From Bugula neritina (lineage: Eukaryota > Animalia > Bryozoa), in assembly GCA_964035545.1 (NCBI GenBank), contig OZ037768.1:19017700-19081699 (forward strand): a DNA stretch of 64,000 bases, read 5' to 3'. Below, piece after piece: positions 22,276 to 32,674 of the stretch. The position numbers were made by a program, and so were the translations under genes. Numbering within the stretch: the first letter of the stretch is position 1; each line of letters starts with the position of its first letter. The notes under the pieces were generated by a model. The model was not told the DNA's origin. It searched no databases and saw only the letters and a list, made by a program, of their open reading frames with translations.

Positions 22276-23269
22276 TGAAGTAAATTTGTGTCTGACACCA
22301 GGTGTCACTATTGACGGTAAGTAATCTCACTTAACAATGAGGGTCGGAATAGAATTCCCTTGTGCGGAAAACTAATTAAACTATCTAATACTGTTTGTTG
22401 CCAAATTATTTGCTAATGTGATTTTAATATTTTCCAGTGACTATTGATTTCTGGTGTTCGGTAACAGTGCTGAAGTGTGATAGGGACACGGCTATGGTTC
22501 GCCGATTTATATCACAGCAACTGTAGTCAGAGACAGTGACAGAAATCTGATTCCTGATGTTCGAATCGCAGAGACTCGACAGGAATTCCGCAACGCAAGA
22601 GAGTCACTACAGTGGAAAAATGATTTCTGGTGTTCGGTAACAGTGCTGGAGCGTGACAGGGACACGGCTATGGTTCGCCGATTTATATCACAGCAGCTGT
22701 AGTCAGAGACAGTGACAGAAATCAGATTCCTGGGATTTGAATCACCGAGATTCAACAGGAATTGCAGCGCAAGTAATCACCATTGACAAACCTATAGAAA
22801 CTAACCACCACTATTGCCAACTCAATAGCAACCTAATCAAAGAGCAGAGTATTTCGCAAAGAATAAAGTTTATTATATTATTTATAAGAGTCAATTATAA
22901 ACATTACAACAGGCAACAGTCGACTGACTGCTACTAAAAATTACAACTCTATTTATATCCATATTACGGACGTCTTGGAGCACAAAACGGACGTCTTGGG
23001 GTGCAACCAATTATTTACATACAAAAATTTTATAAAACTCAACAAATTTAATATAAAATTAGCATTACAACTTGTATCAACCAATCACAATATATCAAAA
23101 TTAGTTGACCTAGCTTTGAGTTAGTTAAATTATTGCCAGAATGATTTAACTTGCAGGTCCGATAAAAATCACCTTGACCTAGTTTCTATATTCACAATAT
23201 TGTTATTGAGGGCCGTCAACTTGACGCAACGTGTACTGCTCGATGGCTCTAATAATATTTTTTACTACA
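22276..23269 (-). repeat. 3' LTR of Gypsy element 2
   Basis: Direct repeat of 28569-29562. Confidence 0.97.
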
Positions 23270-26200
23270 CCATCCCCTCCGGAGATAGAATTCCGTCCCG
23301 GAATTGGACCCTTCTTAAGTCTTTTAATTGGGTTGGCAGCTTCTACTAATGCAGGAAATTCTTCATGGTAGTTACTGAACCAGTCAGCGTGTAGAATGGT
23401 TTGGGTCTCTGACTTCTTTGGCACAACTCTGTTAGACTTCGGCCAGGAGTGTACTCGATCTAGGTGGTAGTCTCCAAACCGAACAGGTTTGCGTCTTTGG
23501 CGGTTTGATCTAAAGCCAGGATCAGCTGAGTGGATTTCTTCACCATATGTTTCTAACTCCTCTATAGCTGCAGACTCGCCTTCTTGGGGATGGTCATCGT
23601 CTTTCCGGTTTACATCAACACTTTCCTCCTTGGTCAATTCCTTCATACTGGAGGTAGATGGTAATCCGTCGGTTTCTGGTTCTACATCAGTTCTATTATG
23701 TACGTCAACATCGGGTTCTGCATCTGGTAAGGCTCCGGGAGGTCTCACTACGGCTGGGTCTTCTGATAATTGGGGTGTGACAGGCAGGATCTCTACATCG
23801 TCTTCTTCCTCTGTAATGAAGCCATTGGTGACCGAGTCTTGAGATGGTATAGTGGGCAGTGGTGTTTCTGCGACAGTAGGTGGCCTTGTATCCGCTGGAA
23901 CAGGTGGGGTGGCTGCTAGTGCTCTATCCTTTTGTCTGGAGTCAGTTGATTCTACATATGCTTTGATACGCCCTTCATGTTGAACACTGTATTTGCCATC
24001 CTTTACCATACGATAAGTCTGGAACGGCAACACTTTAGTGATGGTGTAGGGCCCCACATATTTAGGACGGAGCTTAGCACCTCGTCCCTGTCCTTGGTAG
24101 TATGATTTTAACCAGACTTTATCGCCTTCCTTGTATGGACTGTCTTCCTCTTCAGGTTGAGGCATCTCCATCTGTTGTTGTCTCAACCGCTCATGGACTT
24201 GTTGTAGCCTCTCTTTGAGTTTATCCACAAACTCTTCCACTGGTAACTCCTGTGGGTCTTCTTGCTGGAACAAAAGATCTGCAGGCAATTTCACCTCCCT
24301 GCCTAGCATCAGAAAATTTGGGGTCTCGCCGGTGATTCGGTGTGGTGTAGCTCGAATTGTCCGCAGGATTTGTGGAACTAGCAAATCCCACTCCTTGTGA
24401 AGAGATTCGGCTAGAAGGGCACGCAGGGAATTTCCTAGGGTTCTGTTTAGCCGCTCGACCACGGAATTTCCTTGTGGGTGATACGGTGATGATCGTGTCT
24501 TATCACAGCCCCACAACAAACAGCACTCCTGAAAGATTTGGGATGTAAATTGCTTTCCTTGATCAGAGTGGATGCATTCTGGGACTCCAAAGTAGCTGAA
24601 GACCCGCTCATCAAGCACCCGGGCGACAGTTGTGGCTGTCCCATCTTTTATTGGGATAGCGTCATACCACCGGGTGAAATGGTCTGCTAGTACCAGTATC
24701 TGTGTGTTTCCTTGGTTTGTTTCAGGAAATGGTCCACAGAGGTCAATTGCAAGGATCTGCCAGGGGCGTCCGGCATGAAGATGATTCTGGGGGTTGGAGG
24801 ATCGATGAGGGACAGGCTTAGCTTGCTGACACTGTTGACAACCCTGAACTTGTCGTCTAATTTCGGCTGACATTCCAGGCCAATACCACTTTTCTTGTAC
24901 ACCAAGTAACGTTTTGTTGACTCCTAAATGTGCCTGTTTATGGATGGATTCTACTACTTCACTTCTCAATGCACGAGGTAAAACAGTCACCATGTGACCC
25001 TCCCGGCGGTGCCTCATTTTTATCATCAGGCGCCCTCCAAGAAGGCTGAGCTCTTCCCACCAGCGAAGTAGTGCTTTAGTCTCTCCGCCCACTCGGTCCA
25101 CGTTAGGCTTCACTCCTTTCTGAAATGCGCGATAAACTGGACCAATGACTGCATCTGTTTCTTGGGCTTGACGAATGGTGTCCATTTCAACATTCATCTG
25201 TGGCACAGCTTTAACTGCAACATGAGTAACCTCCGCAGCAACTTCCACTCTCTGGTCATTCACCGCGTTGGGTACTACACTCATGGGAACGTGGGTCATT
25301 GGGGGCTTCAACCATTCTGACCACTCTTGTGGCTCAGTCTTCTTTGGATGGAAAATATGGAATTGTGCAGCCTGTACAGTCGTTATTCCTTGCACTATGT
25401 CCGTCTGGGTAGCAGTGGAGTGGAATCTTGGTTCTTTGTTTGGTAAAGCAGTCTGGGAAAGGTTGATCTTCTTCTCAGGTGATGGAAACATTCGGTCACA
25501 CTGTTTACATTCTTTGCATATCTGCCGGCTCAGTCCATCAGCATTGTTATGTTTTCGCCCTTTCCTATGCTGTATCCTGAAGTTGTATTCAGATAGCGTT
25601 TCCAACCATCTTGCCAATTGTCCTGTCGGGGCAGGGTTTTGAAGCAGCCAAACAAGTGAAGCATGATCAGTCCTTACAAGGAACTGACGGCCATAGAGTT
25701 GAGGCCGAAAATGGCGGACCGCTTTAATTATTGCCAGTAACTCCTGTCTGGTGACACAATAGTTGCTCTCTTCGCTGGAATACATCTTAGAGTAGTAGCT
25801 TACCACCCTCTCCTCGCCACCATGGATTTGGGACAGGACAGCCCCGGTACCGACTTGACTAGCATCTGTATCAAGTATGAATTCTCTAGCATAATCAGGG
25901 TATGCAAGAATAGGGGCAGTAACTAGATGAGCCTTGAGTTTGTTGAAAGCCAATTCGCACTCCTTATCCCATTGAAATCTGGAATCTTTTGAACATAACT
26001 GGCTGAGGGAACGAGATACCTCGGAATACCTAGGGATAAACCGTCGATAGTACCCACATGTACCCAGGAATGCCCTGACATCTGTCTTATGCTGGGGTCG
26101 AGGCCACTCCTGTACTCTCTGTACCTTTGAATCATCTGTTGAAATACCATTCTGACTGACAACGTGGCCTAGATACTGGACTTGTTCGGCAAATAAGGTG

Positions 26201-27648
26201 CACTTCTGAGGCTTTAATTTAAGTCCAGCAGCTGTTAGACGCTGGAAAACTTCAGCAAGCCTTTCAAGATGGCTATTCATATCTTTGGAAAAGACTATGA
26301 TGTCGTCTAGATATATTAGGACTGTTTGCCAATGTAACCCTCTCAGGACAGTCTCCATCAATCGTTCAAATGTAGAGGGCGCTGAGGTTAACCCAAAAGG
26401 CAGGACTTGCCACTCCCACAAGCCGGACCTAGTAGAGAATGCCGCTTTTTCCTTTGCTGATTCTTCCAGTTCTACCTGCCAATAGCCACTAGTTAGATCT
26501 AGAGTGCTGAAATATTTGCTGCCTCCCAGCGCATCTAAACTGTCATCTATACGTGGGAGGGGGTAAGCATCCTTGTGTGTACTGTCATTAAGTTTGCGAT
26601 AGTCAACACAGAAGCGCCAGGTACCATCCTTCTTCTGTACTAATACAACTGGTGAACTCCATGCACCATACCCTTCACGGATTAGTCCTTGGGCCTTCAA
26701 TTCTTCCACCTGTCTTTCAATTTCTTCTTCTTGGACAGGGCCATGACGATAAGGTCTCTGTTTGAGGGGTCGAGTCCCCGACACTAGAGGGATTTCATGT
26801 TTTACTAGGTCTGTGCGACCTATGTCGTATTTGTGGGCACTAAAAACTCCCCGGTGTCGCCTCAACATCTGTGTAGCTGCTTGTTTTTCTAATGGGGGCA
26901 GATGCTGGCACCACTTCTTCACTTCTTGTTCAAATGCATCTGGGGTAGCACCTTCGGATTGCGGAGATTCAATGGACTCTACAGTACAGCATCTGGTGAG
27001 CACTTTTCCAGGTGGAATGGTGACTGGCTCCGTTGTATGGTTAAGCATCCTCACATAGATCTTTGGTTGCTGCTGAGGATGGTATAGTGCACTGGCGATT
27101 ACCACCCCATCAGTGTAAGTTTTTGACTCCAAGAAAGCATGTTGACGATTCCATGGCCGAACTATGCGGGCCTCCACAAGACTCTCTGCACGGGGCGGCA
27201 GAACTGTAACATATTTAGCCTGTACGTTGGCGTGGAAAGGCTGCCGTCGTTCATCACAACAGCTTATGGTTTGTTCTCCCATCCGGAACAAGCAATTCGA
27301 GAAATCTATGTAACAGTGAAATTGTTCGAAGAAATTGAGACCCAGTAGTATTTGGTTGTCTAGATTGGCTACTAGGAACTGATGAGTGCAGATAGTAGAA
27401 CCCAGTTTAAAGGTGAGGCATGTGGTACCTTCCAGTTTGACACTTTTTCCATCTGCGAGTGTGCAGTGCCCTGTTGTAGGAATGAGAGGCGTATAACAGT
27501 GGTCGGCAATTTGACGTATTACTGATGTAGGTAGGATTGACTGTGTGCACCCACTGTCAAGTAACATAACCTCATCCTGGGTTCCAATCTTGACTGGAAC
27601 ATAGTAGGCGGTTCTCTGCTTCGTTAACCGGACATGTGTTCGACCCAT
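23203..27648 (-). CDS. pol: Pol polyprotein of element 2
   Basis: LLDSGC, WRFCVDYRKLN, YLDD, TDAS, HHCC, DDE, GPY; 1481 aa uninterrupted, stop lies inside the 3' LTR. Confidence 0.97.
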   Translation of the reverse strand: MGRTHVRLTKQRTAYYVPVKIGTQDEVMLLDSGCTQSILPTSVIRQIADHCYTPLIPTTGHCTLADGKSVKLEGTTCLTFKLGSTICTHQFLVANLDNQILLGLNFFEQFHCYIDFSNCLFRMGEQTISCCDERRQPFHANVQAKYVTVLPPRAESLVEARIVRPWNRQHAFLESKTYTDGVVIASALYHPQQQPKIYVRMLNHTTEPVTIPPGKVLTRCCTVESIESPQSEGATPDAFEQEVKKWCQHLPPLEKQAATQMLRRHRGVFSAHKYDIGRTDLVKHEIPLVSGTRPLKQRPYRHGPVQEEEIERQVEELKAQGLIREGYGAWSSPVVLVQKKDGTWRFCVDYRKLNDSTHKDAYPLPRIDDSLDALGGSKYFSTLDLTSGYWQVELEESAKEKAAFSTRSGLWEWQVLPFGLTSAPSTFERLMETVLRGLHWQTVLIYLDDIIVFSKDMNSHLERLAEVFQRLTAAGLKLKPQKCTLFAEQVQYLGHVVSQNGISTDDSKVQRVQEWPRPQHKTDVRAFLGTCGYYRRFIPRYSEVSRSLSQLCSKDSRFQWDKECELAFNKLKAHLVTAPILAYPDYAREFILDTDASQVGTGAVLSQIHGGEERVVSYYSKMYSSEESNYCVTRQELLAIIKAVRHFRPQLYGRQFLVRTDHASLVWLLQNPAPTGQLARWLETLSEYNFRIQHRKGRKHNNADGLSRQICKECKQCDRMFPSPEKKINLSQTALPNKEPRFHSTATQTDIVQGITTVQAAQFHIFHPKKTEPQEWSEWLKPPMTHVPMSVVPNAVNDQRVEVAAEVTHVAVKAVPQMNVEMDTIRQAQETDAVIGPVYRAFQKGVKPNVDRVGGETKALLRWWEELSLLGGRLMIKMRHRREGHMVTVLPRALRSEVVESIHKQAHLGVNKTLLGVQEKWYWPGMSAEIRRQVQGCQQCQQAKPVPHRSSNPQNHLHAGRPWQILAIDLCGPFPETNQGNTQILVLADHFTRWYDAIPIKDGTATTVARVLDERVFSYFGVPECIHSDQGKQFTSQIFQECCLLWGCDKTRSSPYHPQGNSVVERLNRTLGNSLRALLAESLHKEWDLLVPQILRTIRATPHRITGETPNFLMLGREVKLPADLLFQQEDPQELPVEEFVDKLKERLQQVHERLRQQQMEMPQPEEEDSPYKEGDKVWLKSYYQGQGRGAKLRPKYVGPYTITKVLPFQTYRMVKDGKYSVQHEGRIKAYVESTDSRQKDRALAATPPVPADTRPPTVAETPLPTIPSQDSVTNGFITEEEDDVEILPVTPQLSEDPAVVRPPGALPDAEPDVDVHNRTDVEPETDGLPSTSSMKELTKEESVDVNRKDDDHPQEGESAAIEELETYGEEIHSADPGFRSNRQRRKPVRFGDYHLDRVHSWPKSNRVVPKKSETQTILHADWFSNYHEEFPALVEAANPIKRLKKGPIPGRNSISGGDGVVKNIIRAIEQYTLRQVDGPQ

Positions 27649-27677
27649 AGGATTCAGTTCGACAGTGACTGGGTCAT

Positions 27678-28514
27678 TTAGTGTCGAACTAAATCGTTTC
27701 CCTGTCTAGATTGGGGACATCTCCTTGCATAGTGCCCTTTCTCTCCACAAGCATAGCAGGTAACTGGCGTTGGCGCAGTTCTAGGGGGTCGGCTTTGTAC
27801 CGAGGCAGTTGACAAGGTCAATTTCTCCAGCATGGCTCCTTGAGTTTCCACGAGTTTCTGCATCATCTTATTTTGCTGTGCCATGTATTGGTCCAGCCGA
27901 GCTTCTAACTCAACCATACTGTCGTTCTTCACTTGACGCACTGTGGTTGTGTTTGTTTGTAGTTGGGAAAACTGGTGGATGATGTCTATGGTGGCTTCCA
28001 CAGTCTCTGGTGTGCGATGATTTAGTTCCCAGCGTAATGTTTGATACTCATCCGGTAATGCATTTATTAGCTCTTTAATAGTGCGCTTCATTCTACCGTC
28101 CTCACCTAGTTCTGGGATGGCCATCTGAATTATTCTTTTTAGATAGTTGGCAAATTCGTGTATATTTTCTTTAGGGTTCCAGCTGACCTGCTTCAGTAGC
28201 TGACTGGCTCCTTGCTCTGTGAGTTGATACCTGGTTCGGAGTTGACCAGCACGATGTTTATAAGTGCCCTCTGGTAATCCGCGCTTTGCTGCACCAGTTA
28301 CAGCCATATCAAAACGTAGCTCAGTTTCTGCATCCTCCCACTTATTAAGTACTCGGACTTGTTCGAACCTACGTAAGAACTCGTCCACATCAGTAGTGCC
28401 ATCAAATGACGGGGGTGGTAGGCGAGTATGTTGCCGTTGATTAAGTATAGTAGCAGCCTCCTTTGCCATGTCTCGAATTCCTGCAGCGGCTTCACGAAGA
28501 GCTTCTTCTGCCAT
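27678..28514 (-). CDS. gag: Gag of element 2 with CCHC zinc knuckle
   Basis: PPSFDGTTDVDEFLRRFE motif; CYACGEKGHYARRC. Confidence 0.95.
   Translation of the reverse strand: MAEEALREAAAGIRDMAKEAATILNQRQHTRLPPPSFDGTTDVDEFLRRFEQVRVLNKWEDAETELRFDMAVTGAAKRGLPEGTYKHRAGQLRTRYQLTEQGASQLLKQVSWNPKENIHEFANYLKRIIQMAIPELGEDGRMKRTIKELINALPDEYQTLRWELNHRTPETVEATIDIIHQFSQLQTNTTTVRQVKNDSMVELEARLDQYMAQQNKMMQKLVETQGAMLEKLTLSTASVQSRPPRTAPTPVTCYACGEKGHYARRCPQSRQGNDLVRH
27696..27702 (-). promoter_or_regulatory. -1 ribosomal frameshift heptamer G GGA AAC (gag-pol) of element 2
   Basis: The -1 frame from this site is open (RFSSTLNDPVTVELNP) straight into pol MGRTH. Confidence 0.85.
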
Positions 28515-28549
28515 CTTTATAGTGGGTTGTCTAGTATTGCTCTAGAAAT

Positions 28550-28567
28550 ATCCCACTGCTGCCACCA
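28550..28567 (-). promoter_or_regulatory. Primer binding site (tRNA-Leu type) of element 2
   Basis: TGGTGGCAGCAGTGGGAT 1 nt after the 5' LTR; 17/18 identical to the element 1 PBS. Confidence 0.85.
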
Positions 28568-28568
28568 G

Positions 28569-29562
28569 TGAAGTAAATTTGTGTCTGACACCAGGTGTCA
28601 CTATTGACGGTAAGTAATCTCACTTAACAATGAGGGTCGGAATAGAATTCCCTTGTGCGGAAAACTAATTAAACTATCTAATACTGTTTGTTGCCAAATT
28701 ATTTGCTAATGTGATTTTAATATTTTCCAGTGACTATTGATTTCTGGTGTTCGGTAACAGTGCTGAAGTGTGATAGGGACACGGCTATGGTTCGCCGATT
28801 TATATCACAGCAACTGTAGTCAGAGACAGTGACAGAAATCTGATTCCTGATGTTCGAATCGCAGAGACTCGACAGGAATTCCGCAACGCAAGAGAGTCAC
28901 TACAGTGGAAAAATGATTTCTGGTGTTCGGTAACAGTGCTGGAGCGTGACAGGGACACGGCTATGGTTCGCCGATTTATATCACAGCAGCTGTAGTCAGA
29001 GACAGTGACAGAAATCAGATTCCTGGGATTTGAATCACCGAGATTCAACAGGAATTGCAGCGCAAGTAATCACCATTGACAAACCTATAGAAACTAACCA
29101 CCACTATTGCCAACTCAATAGCAACCTAATCAAAGAGCAGAGTATTTCGCAAAGAATAAAGTTTATTATATTATTTATAAGAGTCAATTATAAACATTAC
29201 AACAGGCAACAGTCGACTGACTGCTACTAAAAATTACAACTCTATTTATATCCATATTACGGACGTCTTGGAGCACAAAACGGACGTCTTGGGGTGCAAC
29301 CAATTATTTACATACAAAAATTTTATAAAACTCAACAAATTTAATATAAAATTAGCATTACAACTTGTATCAACCAATCACAATATATCAAAATTAGTTG
29401 ACCTAGCTTTGAGTTAGTTAAATTATTGCCAGAATGATTTAACTTGCAGGTCCGATAAAAATCACCTTGACCTAGTTTCTATATTCACAATATTGTTATT
29501 GAGGGCCGTCAACTTGACGCAACGTGTACTGCTCGATGGCTCTAATAATATTTTTTACTACA
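28569..29562 (-). repeat. 5' LTR of Gypsy element 2
   Basis: Starts TGTAGT and ends CTTCA on the minus strand; flanked by TSD ttac. Confidence 0.97.
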
Positions 29563-29902
29563 TTACTATTATTATTTTAAAAGAGAAATTGAAGCTCTCC
29601 AACATCAATATATTATCTTAATATCCATAACATATTTGTAGTTCTTAAATATCATTATATTAAAAATCAAAACATCTACATCTAAACTAGTGCATACAAA
29701 ACGAGCTGCGCTATATTATACAAGATTAAGGAAATGGTGAATATCATATCTGAGGTTATTTTGGTTTTGCAATACATATGGGCGGTGCTGCATTTGGTAC
29801 TTGGTAGCTTGTGTTTATAATAATATATTATTTTTTGTTCGAGTCTAGAGTTAACAACGCCTACTTTGAAGATCATAAGTGCTAGAACCATGCACTTCCT
29901 AA

Positions 29903-31077
29903 TAGCTTATTCACACGATCAACGAGTTGGACGAATAGCGGACCAAAATGGCACGACGAATACAAATTTTGTTAGTTTTGAATCACGTGATCGGATAATT
30001 GCGTCAATTGCGCCAAACTAGCGTTCTTTGATTGGTCTGGCAGCAGAAAAGTTTGTTCGTTTTGAATCACGTGATCGACTTTTCACAGTTTCGTTGGAAC
30101 CTGACCCAGCTAGATTTCAGCTGACGAATTTTATCTGATCGCACATCATTGGCTTATTTAAACAAGCAAAAAGCGCGGGCATAATGCACATGGCAAACAT
30201 TGCGGCATTGTAACTAAACTAAATAATCAATATTTTAGTAATATTAATAATAATAATTGCTAATTAATTAAAATGAGCAAATTTGTAGGAAGCATATTAT
30301 TTTGCTAGTCAGCAGCATTTTAAAATTACTTCAAGCAGTTTTCATGACGGAAGTACGTTTTTTTCATAGAAATCATCATAGCTTGACCAGCTGCACTGCA
30401 TCAGTATGATCTTTGTGATCCTGAATACAAAGATGCACGTAGGCAACTGAGTTGATGTGCACAATGAGTAGCAGTGACTTGAAAAAAAAATTAAAATGTA
30501 GTTAAATTGAAACTGATGCAACTGAATCATTTCACCTAAAGTAGACACTACCAACTTCTATTATATTTCATAATTGTTCCAGCTAAAACGTCTTAGCTAA
30601 TGCTATAGTTCTTTCATAGAGAAACTACTATAAAACAGGTCATTTTAATTTCTTATTTAGCAACAATAAAATTATAAGTAGAATAATTAATGAAAGGCTA
30701 TGAAAAAATAAATAATCAGTTTGAGTTTGATATAAAAACGCGAACATGGTGATGGTATTGCAGTTTCACGTGTCATTTTTATTTCCTTCTAACAGTCCAA
30801 CTTTTGTTAAACATAAATCTACTAAAGTTTTAGCTTTTGTTTAGCTAGTAAATTTTAAATTTGTCATCATTTGAATGTTTCATAGTTGATAATAATTATT
30901 TTATTAACGCAAAATTTTTACCTATTTATCGTTAAATTTAACTAGTAACAACTTTACTAGTGAAAGCACTGTTGCTAAGCAACTATACACTACTATTGCG
31001 ACAAAGAGGTGCGATGTTTGTTAGTTGGGCATTCGTCGGACCCAACGAACAAAAAAACGTCGTGTGTGAATAAGCTA
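29903..31077. mobile_element. Non-autonomous PIF/Harbinger-like DNA element (~1.2 kb)
   Basis: 14-bp TIR tagcttattcacac / gtgtgaataagcta with TAA on both flanks; internal direct repeat ttttgaatcacgtgatcg. Confidence 0.75.
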
Positions 31078-31114
31078 TAAAACAAAACTCGCCGAAAGCA
31101 GTGGTGAACTTTAA

Positions 31115-31411
31115 CCCTTTGGCTCGAAGCAATGAAGTGGAGAATATTCCATTTCAGCGGCTTGAAGCAGCACCAAGTTAGTGGTCACTAAGTGCATTGA
31201 TTGGGGAAGGAAACTCCAAGCCAATGTCTTAAATTCGTAAATCAAGTCTTATTGTTCACGCTTGTTTGATAAATTGACAAGCTGGTGAAAAGGTCAGATT
31301 CCACAGCAGCTGGAGAAACAACTTATTTTCTACTTTGTTTCTCTATAAGACTCATAGAATAACCAATACAATGATACTATAATTTTATTTTGTTGTCAAA
31401 GGGTAAAAGGG
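31115..31411. mobile_element. Possible piggyBac-like MITE
   Basis: TTAA-CCCTTT ... AAAGGG-TTAA termini; TIR match is short. Confidence 0.5.
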
Positions 31412-32674
31412 TTAAAGCGCATGAATATGTCAAGCTGGTTTGCTGTGCAAGCATACAATAAATCAGGCTATAATAAATACTTGGTCCACTTTAAGAACCT
31501 AGATCTCACATCATCCTAGTACTTGAGTATTTTAGCCTAAACAAAGCACTAGTATATACTAACATCAATAGACTTGGCTCTGAAAAACATCATCTTCATA
31601 GTGTATGAGTAAGTGGGTAAGTACAATTGTGGCAGAAACTAGTAGCATATGTTCACAAATGAAAAAATATTAAATCTCAGCTAAAACCTTGCAAGACTAC
31701 AGCGATCTAGGTGGGAAAGAATTGAAGCCCTTTTGTTAATCCACTGCTGAATAACATTTCAATAGCGACATTCAACAATCAATCACAAAATAACCTAGAA
31801 ATTAGCATATTTGATGCACTCCTATACTTAAGCATATTTGGAAAAATGTCAATAGAACTAAAATTGTAGTACAAAAACTGATTAAGGTGCAACATGCTAT
31901 TCATCACTTGTAAATGCAAAAAAAATAAATATTCGAAACTTCAAGTTGGAACTTGCCCATATTGCAAAAGCATACAATTATAAGTTATATCAATTCGATG
32001 ATTTTTACAAGTTGCCACAAAAGCTTGAAGTAAGAGAGAAAAAGGTCACACAAATAGAGAAACAAAAAGGAGTGGATCTTTAGAAGAATTTTATTTACAA
32101 ACTTGCAGTAGCACTGCCTGAAATTTTAGAAAAAACAATACATACATTCACAACGATGATTATTAGGATGCTTATTACGCCATAAATCTAAAGGTTCTAC
32201 TTAAAAGGTGTATTGCAACTTGTGTCTCCCCTAGTTTTATGTACTCGGCATATTTTATATATTTCTCTTTGGCACAATTTTCTGTATGAAGGCCTGTGAT
32301 TACCAAAACTACAAACTAATATATTATATACACCTTAAAAACATGGAGACTAAGAAATTAATTCAACAGAGTTTGTAATGTGGCCTTCGCTATGCAGAGT
32401 AACCAACCAGTGTACACACCAGTTCTACAAACCAGTGTAAAATCTTTATAAAAAGAATAAGAACGGAATGGTTAATAATTACAAACTAAAAAACGCTACA
32501 AACAGCTTGAGTTTCACATAGTAAGACATATGAATGATGTGTGGTAAGCAAATCGACGAGTGACCTAACGAAAAATATGTTCTGCACAAATTGACTTAAG
32601 AAGTTGTCAGGTCATCGGATGTACAAAGGTGAGACAACTGCTGACAGGTGCCCAGAGGAGCTGTTTGCTGCCAA

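Larger units (their letters stand above)
22276..29562 (-). mobile_element. Full-length Ty3/Gypsy LTR retrotransposon 2
   Basis: 994-bp LTRs with no difference seen by eye, 4-bp TSD TTAC, PBS, PPT (23270-23280), intact gag and pol. Confidence 0.98.

Noticed and set aside
22507-22937. 82-aa and 66-aa ORFs appearing twice in the window
   Set aside because: Duplicated only because they lie in identical LTRs; no coding evidence
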